Positions 38,515 through 48,063 of a DNA stretch of 64,000 nucleotides are shown here, one piece after another. The stretch is from NCBI GenBank assembly GCA_041671105.1, contig JBAZCE010000001.1, positions 869 through 64,868 of the forward strand, read 5' to 3'. Origin of the DNA: Gallionella sp. (GTDB taxonomy: Bacteria; Pseudomonadota; Gammaproteobacteria; Burkholderiales; Gallionellaceae). The position numbers and the translations under genes are program-made. The notes beneath the pieces were generated by a model. That model had not been told where the DNA came from. It saw only the letters and a program-made list of their open reading frames with translations, and made no database searches. How positions within the stretch are numbered: the stretch's first letter is position 1; each line of letters starts with the position of its first letter.

Positions 38515-39498
38515 ATGAACCATTATCCCCCGGTGATCTCCGCTTTAGTCACCATACTGTTGACGCTGATTCTGACCTTGAGCAAGCACGGTACGATTCA
38601 GGATATCCCCAACGAGCGCTCACTGCATTCCGAACCCGTTCCGCGTACCGGAGGAATTGCCCTGATGGCCGGTACACTGGCCGGCTGGGTATTGCTGTTC
38701 AAATTCTGGGCATGGTGGATCGTGCTGCCCGTGCTGGGACTGTTCGTATTGTCTCTGGTCGACGATGTGCGAGGTTTGTCGCCAAAATTGCGTCTGGCTG
38801 GTCACTTTGTTGCTGCCTCGTGTGTCGTTTTCGGTGCCGGTATAAGCTGGCTGTGGATGTTGCCGGTGCTGCTGTATGTTGTGTGGATGACCAATCTGTA
38901 CAACTTTATGGATGGTTCGGACGGTATGGCGGGCGGCATGGCGCTGTTTGGCTTCAGTTTCTACGGTATTGCCGGGCTGATGGGCGGCAACGAGGCCTTC
39001 GCCATGATGTGTTTCTCGGTCGGAGCCGCGTCTTTAGGCTTTTTGTATCATAATTTTCATCCTGCCAGGGTGTTCATGGGCGATGCGGGTTCCATTCCGC
39101 TCGGGTTTCTGGCGGCGGCTTTCGGCGTGTGGGGCTGGCAACAGGGATATTGGCCAATCTGGTTTCCAATTCTGGTGTTTTCGCCGTTTGTGATGGATGC
39201 AACCATGACGCTGATGAAACGTGCCCGCAACAAGGAAAAACTGACGGAGGCGCATCGCAGTCATTATTACCAGCGTTTAGTGCAAATGGGCTGGGGACAT
39301 CGCAACACTGCCATTGCAGAATACGTGCTGATGTTTTTAGCTGGCGTCTCGGCACTGTTTGCCCTAAGTCTGGATGCGAAGGGGCAGGGAAATCTTTTGG
39401 CATGGTGGGGCGCGATTTATCTGGGCTTGAGCCTGTGGGTGGACAGGCGCTGGCGTCTTCGTCAGAAGTTGACTCAAGAGGAGCATGATGCTGCGTAA
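38515..39498 (+). CDS. MraY/WecA-family undecaprenyl-phosphate sugar-1-phosphate transferase (WbpL-like)
   Basis: DIPNERSLH..P.PR.GG, LVDD, NLYNFMDGSDG, FMGDAGS, HRSHYYQR. Confidence 0.9.
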   Translation: MNHYPPVISALVTILLTLILTLSKHGTIQDIPNERSLHSEPVPRTGGIALMAGTLAGWVLLFKFWAWWIVLPVLGLFVLSLVDDVRGLSPKLRLAGHFVAASCVVFGAGISWLWMLPVLLYVVWMTNLYNFMDGSDGMAGGMALFGFSFYGIAGLMGGNEAFAMMCFSVGAASLGFLYHNFHPARVFMGDAGSIPLGFLAAAFGVWGWQQGYWPIWFPILVFSPFVMDATMTLMKRARNKEKLTEAHRSHYYQRLVQMGWGHRNTAIAEYVLMFLAGVSALFALSLDAKGQGNLLAWWGAIYLGLSLWVDRRWRLRQKLTQEEHDAA

Positions 39499-41332
39499 AT
39501 CGAACGTACGTACAGCGCTGGCGATATTTCACGACATCGTGGCGGTTGTGATCGCATGGATGTTAGCTTATTCATTGCGCTTCAACTTTGAATTGCCAGC
39601 GGATTTTAACGATGAAATGCAGCACACTTTGCTGTGGGTTGTGCCGCTGCAAGTCGCAATTTTCCTGAAATTTGGTCTTTATCATGGAATCTGGCGTTAT
39701 GCCAGCCTGAACGATTTGCGACGCATCGTGCTTGCTGTGCTGTTTGCGGCGTTGGTTATTCCGTTTACGTTGTGGATGTTTCGCAGCAATTTGGTCGTAC
39801 CACGTTCTGTATTGGTTTTGAATCCTTTGTTGCTGATTCTATTCATGGGAGGAAGTCGTCTTTTGTACCGGGTGTGGAAGGAAACAGGATTCCATCGGCG
39901 GATGAAATTGTCCAGCGAACCGGTGCTGGTGCTGGGTGCGGGGGATGCTGCCGTTACTTTGTCGAAGGATCTGGCGAAATCCCCGGTCTGGCAACTGGTG
40001 GGCTTTCTGGACGATGATGTCAACAAGCAAAATTGTATTCTGAATGGTGTGAAAGTTCTGGGTCGATTAAATGAATTGGATCATTGGGTAGAGCGTTTTT
40101 CGATTGAACGTGTGATTATTGCGATGCCGTCTAGTTCGCATCAGCAGCGCCAGCGTGCCATTCAATTGTGCAATGCGGCTAAGGTAGAAGTCCTCACGGT
40201 GCCGTCGTTTGACGATCTGATGAGCGGTAAGGTAGCCGTATCCCAGCTGCGCGCGATTGAACTGGACGATTTGCTGGGCCGTGATCCGGTCGTGCTGGAT
40301 GCCGACGGACTGCATGGATTACTGACCGACAGGGTGGTGATGGTGACGGGTGCGGGTGGCTCGATCGGTTCGGAGTTATGCCGCCAAATTGCGCGTTTTG
40401 CGCCTGCCAAGTTGGTGCTGTTCGAAGCGTGTGAATTTGCGCTCTATACCCTTGAGCAGGAGTTGACGCAGAATTTCCCTGCGTTATCCTTTGTATGCTT
40501 GATGGGCGATGTACGCTGCGCGACAAGAGTCGATGAGGTTATGCAGTTTCACGCTCCTCAAGTGTTGTTTCACGCCGCTGCATATAAGCATGTGCCGCTG
40601 ATGGAGCAGCACAATGCATGGCAAGCGATCCGCAACAACGTGCTGGGTACCTGGACGGTGGCACGTGCTGCGCAGCGGCATGGGGTCGGTAAATTTGTGA
40701 TGATTTCGACCGACAAGGCGGTTAATCCGACCAATGTAATGGGGGCTTCGAAGCGTCTTGCAGAAATGGCCTGTCAGGCATTGCAGCCCTCCGGTTGTAC
40801 GCGATTCGTGATTGTGCGTTTTGGCAACGTATTGGGCAGTACCGGCAGTGTGATTCCGAAATTCCGTGCGCAGATTGCGCAAGGCGGTCCGATTACCGTT
40901 ACGCACCCTGAAATTACCCGGTATTTCATGTCCATCCCGGAAGCGGCGCAACTGGTGTTGCAAGCCGGATTTATGGGGCAGGGTGGCGAGATTTTCGTGC
41001 TGGATATGGGTGAGCCTGTGAAAATCGTGGATTTAGCGAAAGACCTGATTCGCCTTTCAGGTTTTACCGAAGATGAAATTAAAATTGAATTTTCAGGCTT
41101 ACGCTCAGGAGAAAAGCTCTATGAGGAGTTGTTGGCAGACAATGAGCATACCCTGCCGACACCTCACCCGAAATTGCGCATTGCACAGGCACGGCAGGCC
41201 GATGCGGCATGGCTGGAAAAGCTGCTGGAATGGACAGCTGTCGCCACCATGCCCGATAAAGAGGTGAAGACGGCGCTAGAGAGCTGGGTGCCCGAATATC
41301 AACCGAATCCTCAGTCATCCAAAAATCAATGA
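39485..41332 (+). CDS. Membrane-bound UDP-GlcNAc 4,6-dehydratase (WbpM/CapD/PglF family)
   Basis: N-terminal TMs, DLLGR, VTGAGGSIGSELCRQI, HAAAYKHVP, ISTDKAVNPTNVMGASKR, RFGNVLGS.GSV.P, GEKLYEEL. Confidence 0.93.
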   Translation: MMLRKSNVRTALAIFHDIVAVVIAWMLAYSLRFNFELPADFNDEMQHTLLWVVPLQVAIFLKFGLYHGIWRYASLNDLRRIVLAVLFAALVIPFTLWMFRSNLVVPRSVLVLNPLLLILFMGGSRLLYRVWKETGFHRRMKLSSEPVLVLGAGDAAVTLSKDLAKSPVWQLVGFLDDDVNKQNCILNGVKVLGRLNELDHWVERFSIERVIIAMPSSSHQQRQRAIQLCNAAKVEVLTVPSFDDLMSGKVAVSQLRAIELDDLLGRDPVVLDADGLHGLLTDRVVMVTGAGGSIGSELCRQIARFAPAKLVLFEACEFALYTLEQELTQNFPALSFVCLMGDVRCATRVDEVMQFHAPQVLFHAAAYKHVPLMEQHNAWQAIRNNVLGTWTVARAAQRHGVGKFVMISTDKAVNPTNVMGASKRLAEMACQALQPSGCTRFVIVRFGNVLGSTGSVIPKFRAQIAQGGPITVTHPEITRYFMSIPEAAQLVLQAGFMGQGGEIFVLDMGEPVKIVDLAKDLIRLSGFTEDEIKIEFSGLRSGEKLYEELLADNEHTLPTPHPKLRIAQARQADAAWLEKLLEWTAVATMPDKEVKTALESWVPEYQPNPQSSKNQ

Positions 41333-41481
41333 TCAGGCTGTTGCTGATTACCATTACCAGGAACGAGTCCGTCAACATCATTGAGTCGGTTGCGTCGGAG
41401 GATGAAATCGTCGTGGTGATCGGCAATCACAGTGTCGAGGCGCGTATGAATTGGCGCATAGGGTATCTACATGCCGACTGA
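41329..41481 (+). pseudogene. Decayed 5' fragment of a GT2 glycosyltransferase homologous to 57913-58674
   Basis: Translates MIRLLLITITRNESVNIIESVASEDEIVVV...LHAD* versus MVKLSVIIITRNESANIRDCIVSVAWADEIIVV...VHADW; TGG has become TGA. Confidence 0.8.
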
Positions 41482-41604
41482 TCGGGCGCATGTAAAATAC
41501 ATCAACTCGGAGGGATGTATCCGAAATCGGGGATGGTGGCCGGTAGTTGATTTGTCGGGAGGAATTTCGCTGGCTTATGAAGATTACTTGGACGGGAATA
41601 TGCA

Positions 41605-42375
41605 ATGAAGGCAGTGATATTAGCAGGTGGTCTGGGTACTCGGATCAGCGAAGAGACTTCTACGCGACCGAAACCCATGGTGGAAATCGGCGGGAAACCC
41701 ATCCTGTGGCATATCATGAAAAGTTACTCTGCTCATGGAATTAACGATTTCATAATTTGCTGCGGCTACAAGGGCTACGTGATCAAGGAGTATTTTGCCA
41801 ATTATTTCCTGCACATGTCCGATGTGACTTTTGATATGCAGCACAATAAAATGGAAGTGCATCAGCGCAATGCCGAGCCGTGGAAAGTCACCCTGGTCGA
41901 CACCGGCGAAGAGACTCTGACAGGCGGACGTTTGAAGCGCGTGGCCGATTACGTCAGGGATGAAGAAGCCTTTTGTCTGACTTATGGCGATGGCGTGAGC
42001 GACGTGAATATCACCGAGCTGATTGCCTTTCACAAGGCGCAGAACGTCAAGGCAACCTTGACAGCCACCTTGCCGCCGGGTCGTTTCGGTGCGCTCGATA
42101 TGCAGGGCAACAAGGTCAACAGCTTCCGGGAAAAACCCCAGGGCGATGGCGCGATGATCAACGGTGGCTTCTTTGTGCTGTCGCCGCAAGTCATCGACTA
42201 CATCGCGGGCGACGAAACGGTCTGGGAGCGCGAGCCTATGGAGCGACTCGCCGAAGAAGGAAATCTGGCGGCGTTTCATCACGACGGTTTCTGGCAGCCG
42301 ATGGATACCTTGCGCGACAAGATGCATCTGGAAGAACTGTGGCAATCGGGCAAGGCGCCCTGGAAGTGCTGGTAA
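41605..42375 (+). CDS. rfbF: Glucose-1-phosphate cytidylyltransferase
   Basis: [59 protein letters not shown]. Confidence 0.96.
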   Translation: MKAVILAGGLGTRISEETSTRPKPMVEIGGKPILWHIMKSYSAHGINDFIICCGYKGYVIKEYFANYFLHMSDVTFDMQHNKMEVHQRNAEPWKVTLVDTGEETLTGGRLKRVADYVRDEEAFCLTYGDGVSDVNITELIAFHKAQNVKATLTATLPPGRFGALDMQGNKVNSFREKPQGDGAMINGGFFVLSPQVIDYIAGDETVWEREPMERLAEEGNLAAFHHDGFWQPMDTLRDKMHLEELWQSGKAPWKCW

Positions 42376-42380
42376 GCACT

Positions 42381-42517
42381 GTTTATAGTTGATTGTTTAT
42401 GGTTGATAAGCTGCGATTGATGGTTTATCGCTGAAGGTTGAAACTGTCAATGGAGAGAGTATGTCGTCAACTATAAACGATCAACAATCAACCGTTGGTT
42501 GTAAGCCATCAACCGCT
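42381..42517 (+). repeat. GTTGATn / TCAACnA heptamer inverted array at four helix bundle D
   Basis: GTTTATA GTTGATT GTTTATG GTTGATA ... (42381-42443), then TCAACTA TAAACGA TCAACAA TCAACCG (42467-42494). Confidence 0.88.
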
Positions 42518-42879
42518 TTACCCCATGAAAAATTGGAAGCTTGGCAGCTTTCAAGAGCATTGGCTGGACGGGTGTATTTACTACGTCCAAATTTCCACAG
42601 GATGAGCGGTTCGGCTTGGTGGATCAGATGCGTAGAGCCGGTGTGTCGGTAATGTCCAATTTGGCTGAAGGTTGTGGGCGGACGAGTGCGCGCGATCAGG
42701 CTCATTTTTCGCAATTGGCTTTTGGTTCTTTACTGGAACTTGATGCTCAAATGCAACTTTCTGTTGATTTGGGTTTTCTGCCTGCTGACAACTACCAGGA
42801 AAACCGCTGCACTGTTGTAGAATTAGTTAAGAAAATATCAGCGTTACGTGCTTCACAACTAAAGCGAATTACCCAATGA
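42461..42879 (+). pseudogene. Four helix bundle protein D, split by a 1-nt frameshift near 42583 (real or sequencing error)
   Basis: First frame PHEKLEAWQLSRALAGRVYLL; second frame TSKFPQDERFGLVDQMRRAGVSVMSNLAEG..AFGSLLELDAQ. Joined, they are colinear with paralogue C. Confidence 0.85.
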
Positions 42880-43997
42880 CGTCAACAATAAACGATCAAC
42901 TATCAACTGGCGCTTCTTGCCGTAAACCATCAACGAATACTTTTTTTCATGGAAAAAAAGTATTGATTACCGGGCATACCGGGTTCAAGGGTAGCTGGCT
43001 GTCGCTCTGGCTGCAATCCATGGGTGCAGAGGTAACCGGTTTCGCACTGGCCCCGCCGACGCAACCGAGCCTGTTTGAAGTTGCCGATGTGGGGCGCGGC
43101 ATGACCAGCATTGTCGGCGATATTCGCGATCTTGAACATCTGCGCGCGGTATTCGCCGAGTACAAGCCGGAAATCGTGATTCACATGGCGGCACAGGCGT
43201 TGGTGCGTTATTCCTATGCCGAGCCGGTGGAGACGTATTCCACTAACGTGATGGGTACGGTGAATATTTTGGAAGCGGTGCGCGCGACGCCGGGCGTTAA
43301 AGCTGTCGTGAATGTGACCTCGGACAAGTGCTACGAGAATCGTGAATGGGCATGGGGTTACCGTGAAAACGAGGCGATGGGTGGCTTCGACCCGTACAGC
43401 AACAGCAAGGGGTGTGCCGAGTTGGTAACAGCGGCTTACCGCAACTCCTTTTTCAACGCATCAACTATCAACCATCAACCATCAACCGCTCTTGCATCAG
43501 CAAGAGCCGGCAATGTCATTGGCGGAGGCGATTGGGCGGACGACCGGCTCATCCCGGACATCATGCGCGCCATCGCGGAAAGTCGTCCGGTCAGTATCCG
43601 CAATCCGCATGCGATCCGTCCCTGGCAGCATGTGCTGGAGCCGTTGTCAGGCTATCTTTTGCTGGCGCAGAAACTCTATCAAGAAGGCACAACTTACGCG
43701 GAAGGCTGGAACTTCGGGCCGAACGATGAAGATGCGAAGCCTGTGCAATGGATTGTGGAACGGCTCACAAAATCATGGGGCGAAGGTGCAAGCTGGGTGC
43801 TCGATGGCGGAGAGCATCCGCATGAGGCGCATTACCTGAAGCTGGATTGTTCCAAGGCCCGCGCTCGCCTGGACTGGCATCCTAGATGGCATCTGGATGA
43901 AACGCTGGACAAAATAGTGGAATGGAATCGAGCCTGTCGCGATGGAGAAAATATGCGTGAGTTGACGTTGCGTCAGATCAGCGCCTATAACGCGTAA
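42876..43997 (+). CDS. rfbG: CDP-glucose 4,6-dehydratase with repeat-derived N-terminal extension and internal repeat
   Basis: [72 protein letters not shown]. Confidence 0.96.
   Translation: MTSTINDQLSTGASCRKPSTNTFFHGKKVLITGHTGFKGSWLSLWLQSMGAEVTGFALAPPTQPSLFEVADVGRGMTSIVGDIRDLEHLRAVFAEYKPEIVIHMAAQALVRYSYAEPVETYSTNVMGTVNILEAVRATPGVKAVVNVTSDKCYENREWAWGYRENEAMGGFDPYSNSKGCAELVTAAYRNSFFNASTINHQPSTALASARAGNVIGGGDWADDRLIPDIMRAIAESRPVSIRNPHAIRPWQHVLEPLSGYLLLAQKLYQEGTTYAEGWNFGPNDEDAKPVQWIVERLTKSWGEGASWVLDGGEHPHEAHYLKLDCSKARARLDWHPRWHLDETLDKIVEWNRACRDGENMRELTLRQISAYNA
42882..42936 (+). repeat. TCAACnA heptamer array downstream of four helix bundle D
   Basis: TCAACAA TAAACGA TCAACTA TCAACTG ... TAAACCA TCAACGA. 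Confidence 0.85.
43461..43488 (+). repeat. TCAACCA heptamer array inside rfbG
   Basis: TCAACTA TCAACCA TCAACCA TCAACCG, encoding STINHQPST. Confidence 0.88.
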
Positions 43998-44016
43998 TTC
44001 GCACGATGAATTTGAA

Positions 44017-45351
44017 TTGAAATTAGCAGAGGTTAGCGTGGACAAAGAAACTATCAAGAATCAAATACTTAGTTTGGTTGAGCAATACAGTGCGCTGCAA
44101 TATGCAGAAAAAACGTTCACGGCAGGCACGAGTGTTGTTCCGCCATCGGGCAAGGTAATCGGCGCACCCGAATTGAAGAATATGGTCGAAGCCTCGCTGG
44201 ATGGCTGGCTGACCACCGGGCGTTTCAATGAGGCGTTTGAGAAGCGTTTTGCCGAGTTCGTCGGCGTGCCGTATGCATTGACCACCACGTCAGGTTCATC
44301 CGCGAATCTGCTGGCTTTCACCGCATTGACTTCACACAAGCTGGGCGCACGCGCGCTCAAAAGCGGCGATGAAGTCATTACGGTGGCGGCAGGCTTTCCG
44401 ACCACGGTAAACCCGATGCTGCAGAACGGCATGGTACCGGTGTTCGTGGATGTGGATATTCCCACTTACAACATCGATCCTGCCAAGATCGAGGCGGCCG
44501 TGACTGATCGCACCCGCGCGATCATGGTGGCACATACGCTGGGCAATCCATTCGATCTGGATGCCGTGATGACCTTGGCCAAAAAGCACAATCTCTGGGT
44601 GATCGAAGACTGCTGCGATGCGTTGGGTTCCCGCTATAAGGGGCAGCATGTTGGCACTTTCGGCCACATTGCAACTTGCAGCTTCTACCCTGCTCATCAC
44701 ATCACCATGGGTGAAGGCGGCATGGTGTTCACCAAAGACAGCGAGTTGCGCACCATCATTGAGTCTTTCCGTGACTGGGGACGTGATTGCTACTGCGGGC
44801 CCGGTTGCGACAACACCTGCGGCAAGCGTTTCGGGCAGCAGTTGGGCTCGTTGCCGATGGGTTACGATCACAAGTACACCTATTCGCACCTGGGCTACAA
44901 CCTCAAGATTACCGACATGCAGGCCGCTTGTGCTCTGGCACAATTGGACAGGTTGTCGGGATTCATCGAAGCACGCAAAAGCAATTTCACCTTTTTGAAA
45001 GAACGTCTGAAGTCCTGCGAAGAGTTTTTGATTCTGCCGGAAGCCACCGCCGGCAGCGAGCCTTCGTGGTTCGGTTTTCCGCTCACGTTACGTGAATCGG
45101 CCGGCATCGACCGCGTCGAACTCTTGAAATATCTCGATCAGTACAAGATCGGCACGCGCATGCTGTTTGCCGGCAATCTCACGCGTCAGCCGTATTTCGA
45201 GGGGCGCACCTATCGCATCAGCGGCGAGCTTGCGAATACCGATAAGATCATGAATGACACCTTCTGGATCGGTGTGTATCCCGGCCTGACCGAAGCGATG
45301 TTGGATTTTGTCTGTGAGAAGATCGAAGCGTTCTTCGGCGTGAATTTTTAG
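44017..45351 (+). CDS. rfbH: CDP-4-keto-6-deoxyglucose 3-dehydratase (RfbH/DdhC); start may be GTG 44038
   Basis: [59 protein letters not shown]. Confidence 0.93.
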   Translation: MKLAEVSVDKETIKNQILSLVEQYSALQYAEKTFTAGTSVVPPSGKVIGAPELKNMVEASLDGWLTTGRFNEAFEKRFAEFVGVPYALTTTSGSSANLLAFTALTSHKLGARALKSGDEVITVAAGFPTTVNPMLQNGMVPVFVDVDIPTYNIDPAKIEAAVTDRTRAIMVAHTLGNPFDLDAVMTLAKKHNLWVIEDCCDALGSRYKGQHVGTFGHIATCSFYPAHHITMGEGGMVFTKDSELRTIIESFRDWGRDCYCGPGCDNTCGKRFGQQLGSLPMGYDHKYTYSHLGYNLKITDMQAACALAQLDRLSGFIEARKSNFTFLKERLKSCEEFLILPEATAGSEPSWFGFPLTLRESAGIDRVELLKYLDQYKIGTRMLFAGNLTRQPYFEGRTYRISGELANTDKIMNDTFWIGVYPGLTEAMLDFVCEKIEAFFGVNF

Positions 45352-45367
45352 AACGACAGGATACGCA

Positions 45368-47077
45368 TTGAAAGCCTCTGACGCAGTTGCCAAATTTCTG
45401 ATCGCCCGTCGGGTGCAAACCTGTTTCGAACTGGTGGGCGGCATGATCACTCACCTTCTGGATAGCTTCGCCGAATCGGGGCAATTCAACATCGTCTCGA
45501 TGCATCATGAGCAATCTGCGGCATTTGCGGCAGAAGGCGTCGCCCGATATACCAGAGGCAAGACTGTTGCGGTTGCGATGGGCACCAGCGGCCCGGGCGC
45601 GACCAATCTGATCACCGGTATCGGGAGTTGCTGGTTCGATTCGGTTCCGTGCCTGTTCATCACGGGTCAGGTTAATACGCGGGAACTCAAGGGCGGGCGG
45701 GCCATCCGGCAACAAGGATTTCAGGAGCTGGATATCGTCGAGGTGTCGCGCTCGCTGACCAAATATGCAGTGAGGGTGGATAGCCCGGACGCGTTGCTGC
45801 CGGAGTTGCACAAGGCGCTGTCGATGGCATTGAGCGGGCGTCAGGGGCCCGTGTTGCTGGATATTCCCAACGACGTTCAGCGAGCAGACATCCCGGATGA
45901 GTTGGTCGAGAAATGGCTGAACATCTCCTTGGACATCGCCCCCGAGCCTGAAATATCCCTGATTGAGTTGAACGCGCTTAAGGAACTCTGTCGGAGCGCT
46001 GAGCGCCCGTTGATCTGCATCGGCGGCGGGGCGCGCTGGGCCGATGCGATGGATGAGTGGTTGTTGTCGGCAGATGAGCTGGGGATACCCTGCGTGTCCA
46101 CGCTGATGGGCCATGAACGCGTTATCGCACGTCGCAATTATTTCAACATGATCGGCAGTTACGGCAACCGCGAGGCCAATTGGGCGGTGCAGAACTGCGA
46201 TCTGCTGATTGTTCTCGGTGCGCGGCTCGATGTCAGGCAGACAGGTTCCGACGTGGAAGACTTCGCGCGGCTGGCTAAAATTGTCCAGATCGATATCGAT
46301 CCGGCCCAACTGGACAACCGGGTTCAGGCGGATCTAAGCATCTGTGCCACGGCCGGGAGTTTTTTCCGCACATTCCCGTTGCAGCCTGACACATTCAATA
46401 ATCAGGACAAGAACTGGCTGGTCGAACTGACCAGGCAACGCGATTTGGCCGGCGTCAATGAATACGCCGACTGGGTGATCAGCCCCAGCGAGTTGTTCAA
46501 AAAGCTCAATGGCAGCCTGGCTGAGTATCCGGTCGATTATGTCTGCGATGTCGGAAATCACCAGATGTGGGCGGCGCAAAGTCTGCGGCTGTCGCCGAAT
46601 CAGGCCGTTCACTACAGCGGCGGGATGGGTGCGATGGGCTTCGCCTTGCCCGCAGCCTTGGGAATCGCCATCCATTCGCAGAATAAGGTCGTGGTGATCA
46701 GCGGGGACGGCAGTTTGCAGATCAACATACAGGAGCTGGATACGCTCAATCGCCTGGGGCTGGATCTGACCGTCATCGTGCTGAACAACTCGGTGCTGGG
46801 TATGGTCAAGAACTTCCAGGACATGTACTTCGATGGTCGGGACCAGTCGACGAAGAAAGGCTACAGCAGCCCCTCGTTTACCGACATAGCAACAGCCTAT
46901 GGAATCGAGGCGCATCGTGCAGAAAATGCACAGGACATGGATCGCGTGTTGAATCTGATTGCAGGCCATAAAGGCCCGTTGCTGCTTGAAATTATGATGG
47001 AAGGCGCGACAGAATGCCGCCCGCGCCTGGCCTTCGGTTCGAAGCTGGATGAGCAGTTTCCCAAGCTGAGCGGTTAA
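45368..47077 (+). CDS. Thiamine diphosphate-dependent enzyme, acetolactate synthase-like (YerE-like by context)
   Basis: HHEQSAAFAAEG, TSGPGATN..TG, ITGQV, GPVLLDIP.DVQ, DVGNHQMW, GDG...NN ThDP motif. Confidence 0.88.
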   Translation: MKASDAVAKFLIARRVQTCFELVGGMITHLLDSFAESGQFNIVSMHHEQSAAFAAEGVARYTRGKTVAVAMGTSGPGATNLITGIGSCWFDSVPCLFITGQVNTRELKGGRAIRQQGFQELDIVEVSRSLTKYAVRVDSPDALLPELHKALSMALSGRQGPVLLDIPNDVQRADIPDELVEKWLNISLDIAPEPEISLIELNALKELCRSAERPLICIGGGARWADAMDEWLLSADELGIPCVSTLMGHERVIARRNYFNMIGSYGNREANWAVQNCDLLIVLGARLDVRQTGSDVEDFARLAKIVQIDIDPAQLDNRVQADLSICATAGSFFRTFPLQPDTFNNQDKNWLVELTRQRDLAGVNEYADWVISPSELFKKLNGSLAEYPVDYVCDVGNHQMWAAQSLRLSPNQAVHYSGGMGAMGFALPAALGIAIHSQNKVVVISGDGSLQINIQELDTLNRLGLDLTVIVLNNSVLGMVKNFQDMYFDGRDQSTKKGYSSPSFTDIATAYGIEAHRAENAQDMDRVLNLIAGHKGPLLLEIMMEGATECRPRLAFGSKLDEQFPKLSG

Positions 47078-47085
47078 CCGTCACC

Positions 47086-48063
47086 ATGATGAGAATTGCG
47101 ATACTCGGTGCGACCAGCCAGATAGCCAGAGACCTGATCGTCTATTTCTCTGCAGCGGAAGACAAACAGCTACACCTGTTCGCGCGCCGCCCGGAAGAGG
47201 TGACGAAATGGCTGGCGTCCGTCGGGCTGGCAGAACGTTATCCTGCAGATGATTTTTCTGGGTTTGGAAGTCAGGCATTCGATGCCGTCATCAATTTCGT
47301 CGGGGTGGGTAATCCGGCGCAGGCGGTGGCGATGGGTAATACGATTTTTGATGTCACGCTACGCTATGACGAAATGGTGCTGGATTACCTGAAGATGCAT
47401 CCGGCATGCCGCTACCTGTTTTTGAGCAGTGGTGCAGCCTACGGGTCGAATTTCAAGGAACCTGCGAATCGCAATACGGCAGCGTTAGTGGCGATCAACG
47501 ATCTGGCACCGCATGAATGGTATGGCGTCGCAAAGCTGCATGCGGAATGCCGGCATCGGGCGCATCCGGAATTTCCCATCATCGATATCCGTGTGTTCAA
47601 TTACTTCAGCCGAACTCAGGATATCGAGGCGCGTTTTTTAATCACGGATATATTGCGCGCTGTTCGCGACAAGGCGGTGCTGAAAACGTCATCCGACTAT
47701 ATCGTGCGGGACTTTCTGCATCCGTCCGATTTTTATGGACTGGTCTGCGCGTTGCTTGCAGCGCCACCTGCCAATGCGGCAGTCGACTGTTACAGTCGTG
47801 CGCCGATCGACAAACCGGCACTGTTGGCAGTCATGCAGGAAAAGTTCGGATTGCAGTATGAAATAACCGGGGCTGCCGCCGGAGTGAATGCAACGGGCGG
47901 GAAGCCTCATTACTACTCGTTGAACAGGCGTGCCGCCGACTTTGGATATCAGCCAGGATTGACGTCTATTGAAGGTGTGCTGCAAGAGTTTCAGTATGTA
48001 ATAACTGCGGAAGCATTGGTTGTTGAAATGGGACTGGTGAATTTTGAATCCTCTAAGGGATGA
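47086..48063 (+). CDS. NAD-dependent epimerase/reductase
   Basis: ILGATSQIA, FLSSGAAYG, YGVAK, R.FNYF, RDFLHP.D. Confidence 0.82.
   Translation: MMRIAILGATSQIARDLIVYFSAAEDKQLHLFARRPEEVTKWLASVGLAERYPADDFSGFGSQAFDAVINFVGVGNPAQAVAMGNTIFDVTLRYDEMVLDYLKMHPACRYLFLSSGAAYGSNFKEPANRNTAALVAINDLAPHEWYGVAKLHAECRHRAHPEFPIIDIRVFNYFSRTQDIEARFLITDILRAVRDKAVLKTSSDYIVRDFLHPSDFYGLVCALLAAPPANAAVDCYSRAPIDKPALLAVMQEKFGLQYEITGAAAGVNATGGKPHYYSLNRRAADFGYQPGLTSIEGVLQEFQYVITAEALVVEMGLVNFESSKG

Noticed and set aside
41309-41316. Single CCTCAGTC match to the element-A heptamer at the end of the WbpM-like gene
   Set aside because: One isolated unit with no tandem neighbours or complementary arm; compatible with chance.
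3212-42879. Diversity-generating retroelement, suggested by the Avd-like proteins
   Set aside because: No reverse transcriptase ORF and no ~100-nt TR/VR pair with adenine-specific mismatches was seen in the window.
45368-47077. Housekeeping acetolactate synthase ilvB/ilvI
   Set aside because: No small subunit or ilvC is adjacent; the position between rfbH and an SDR fits sugar branching better.
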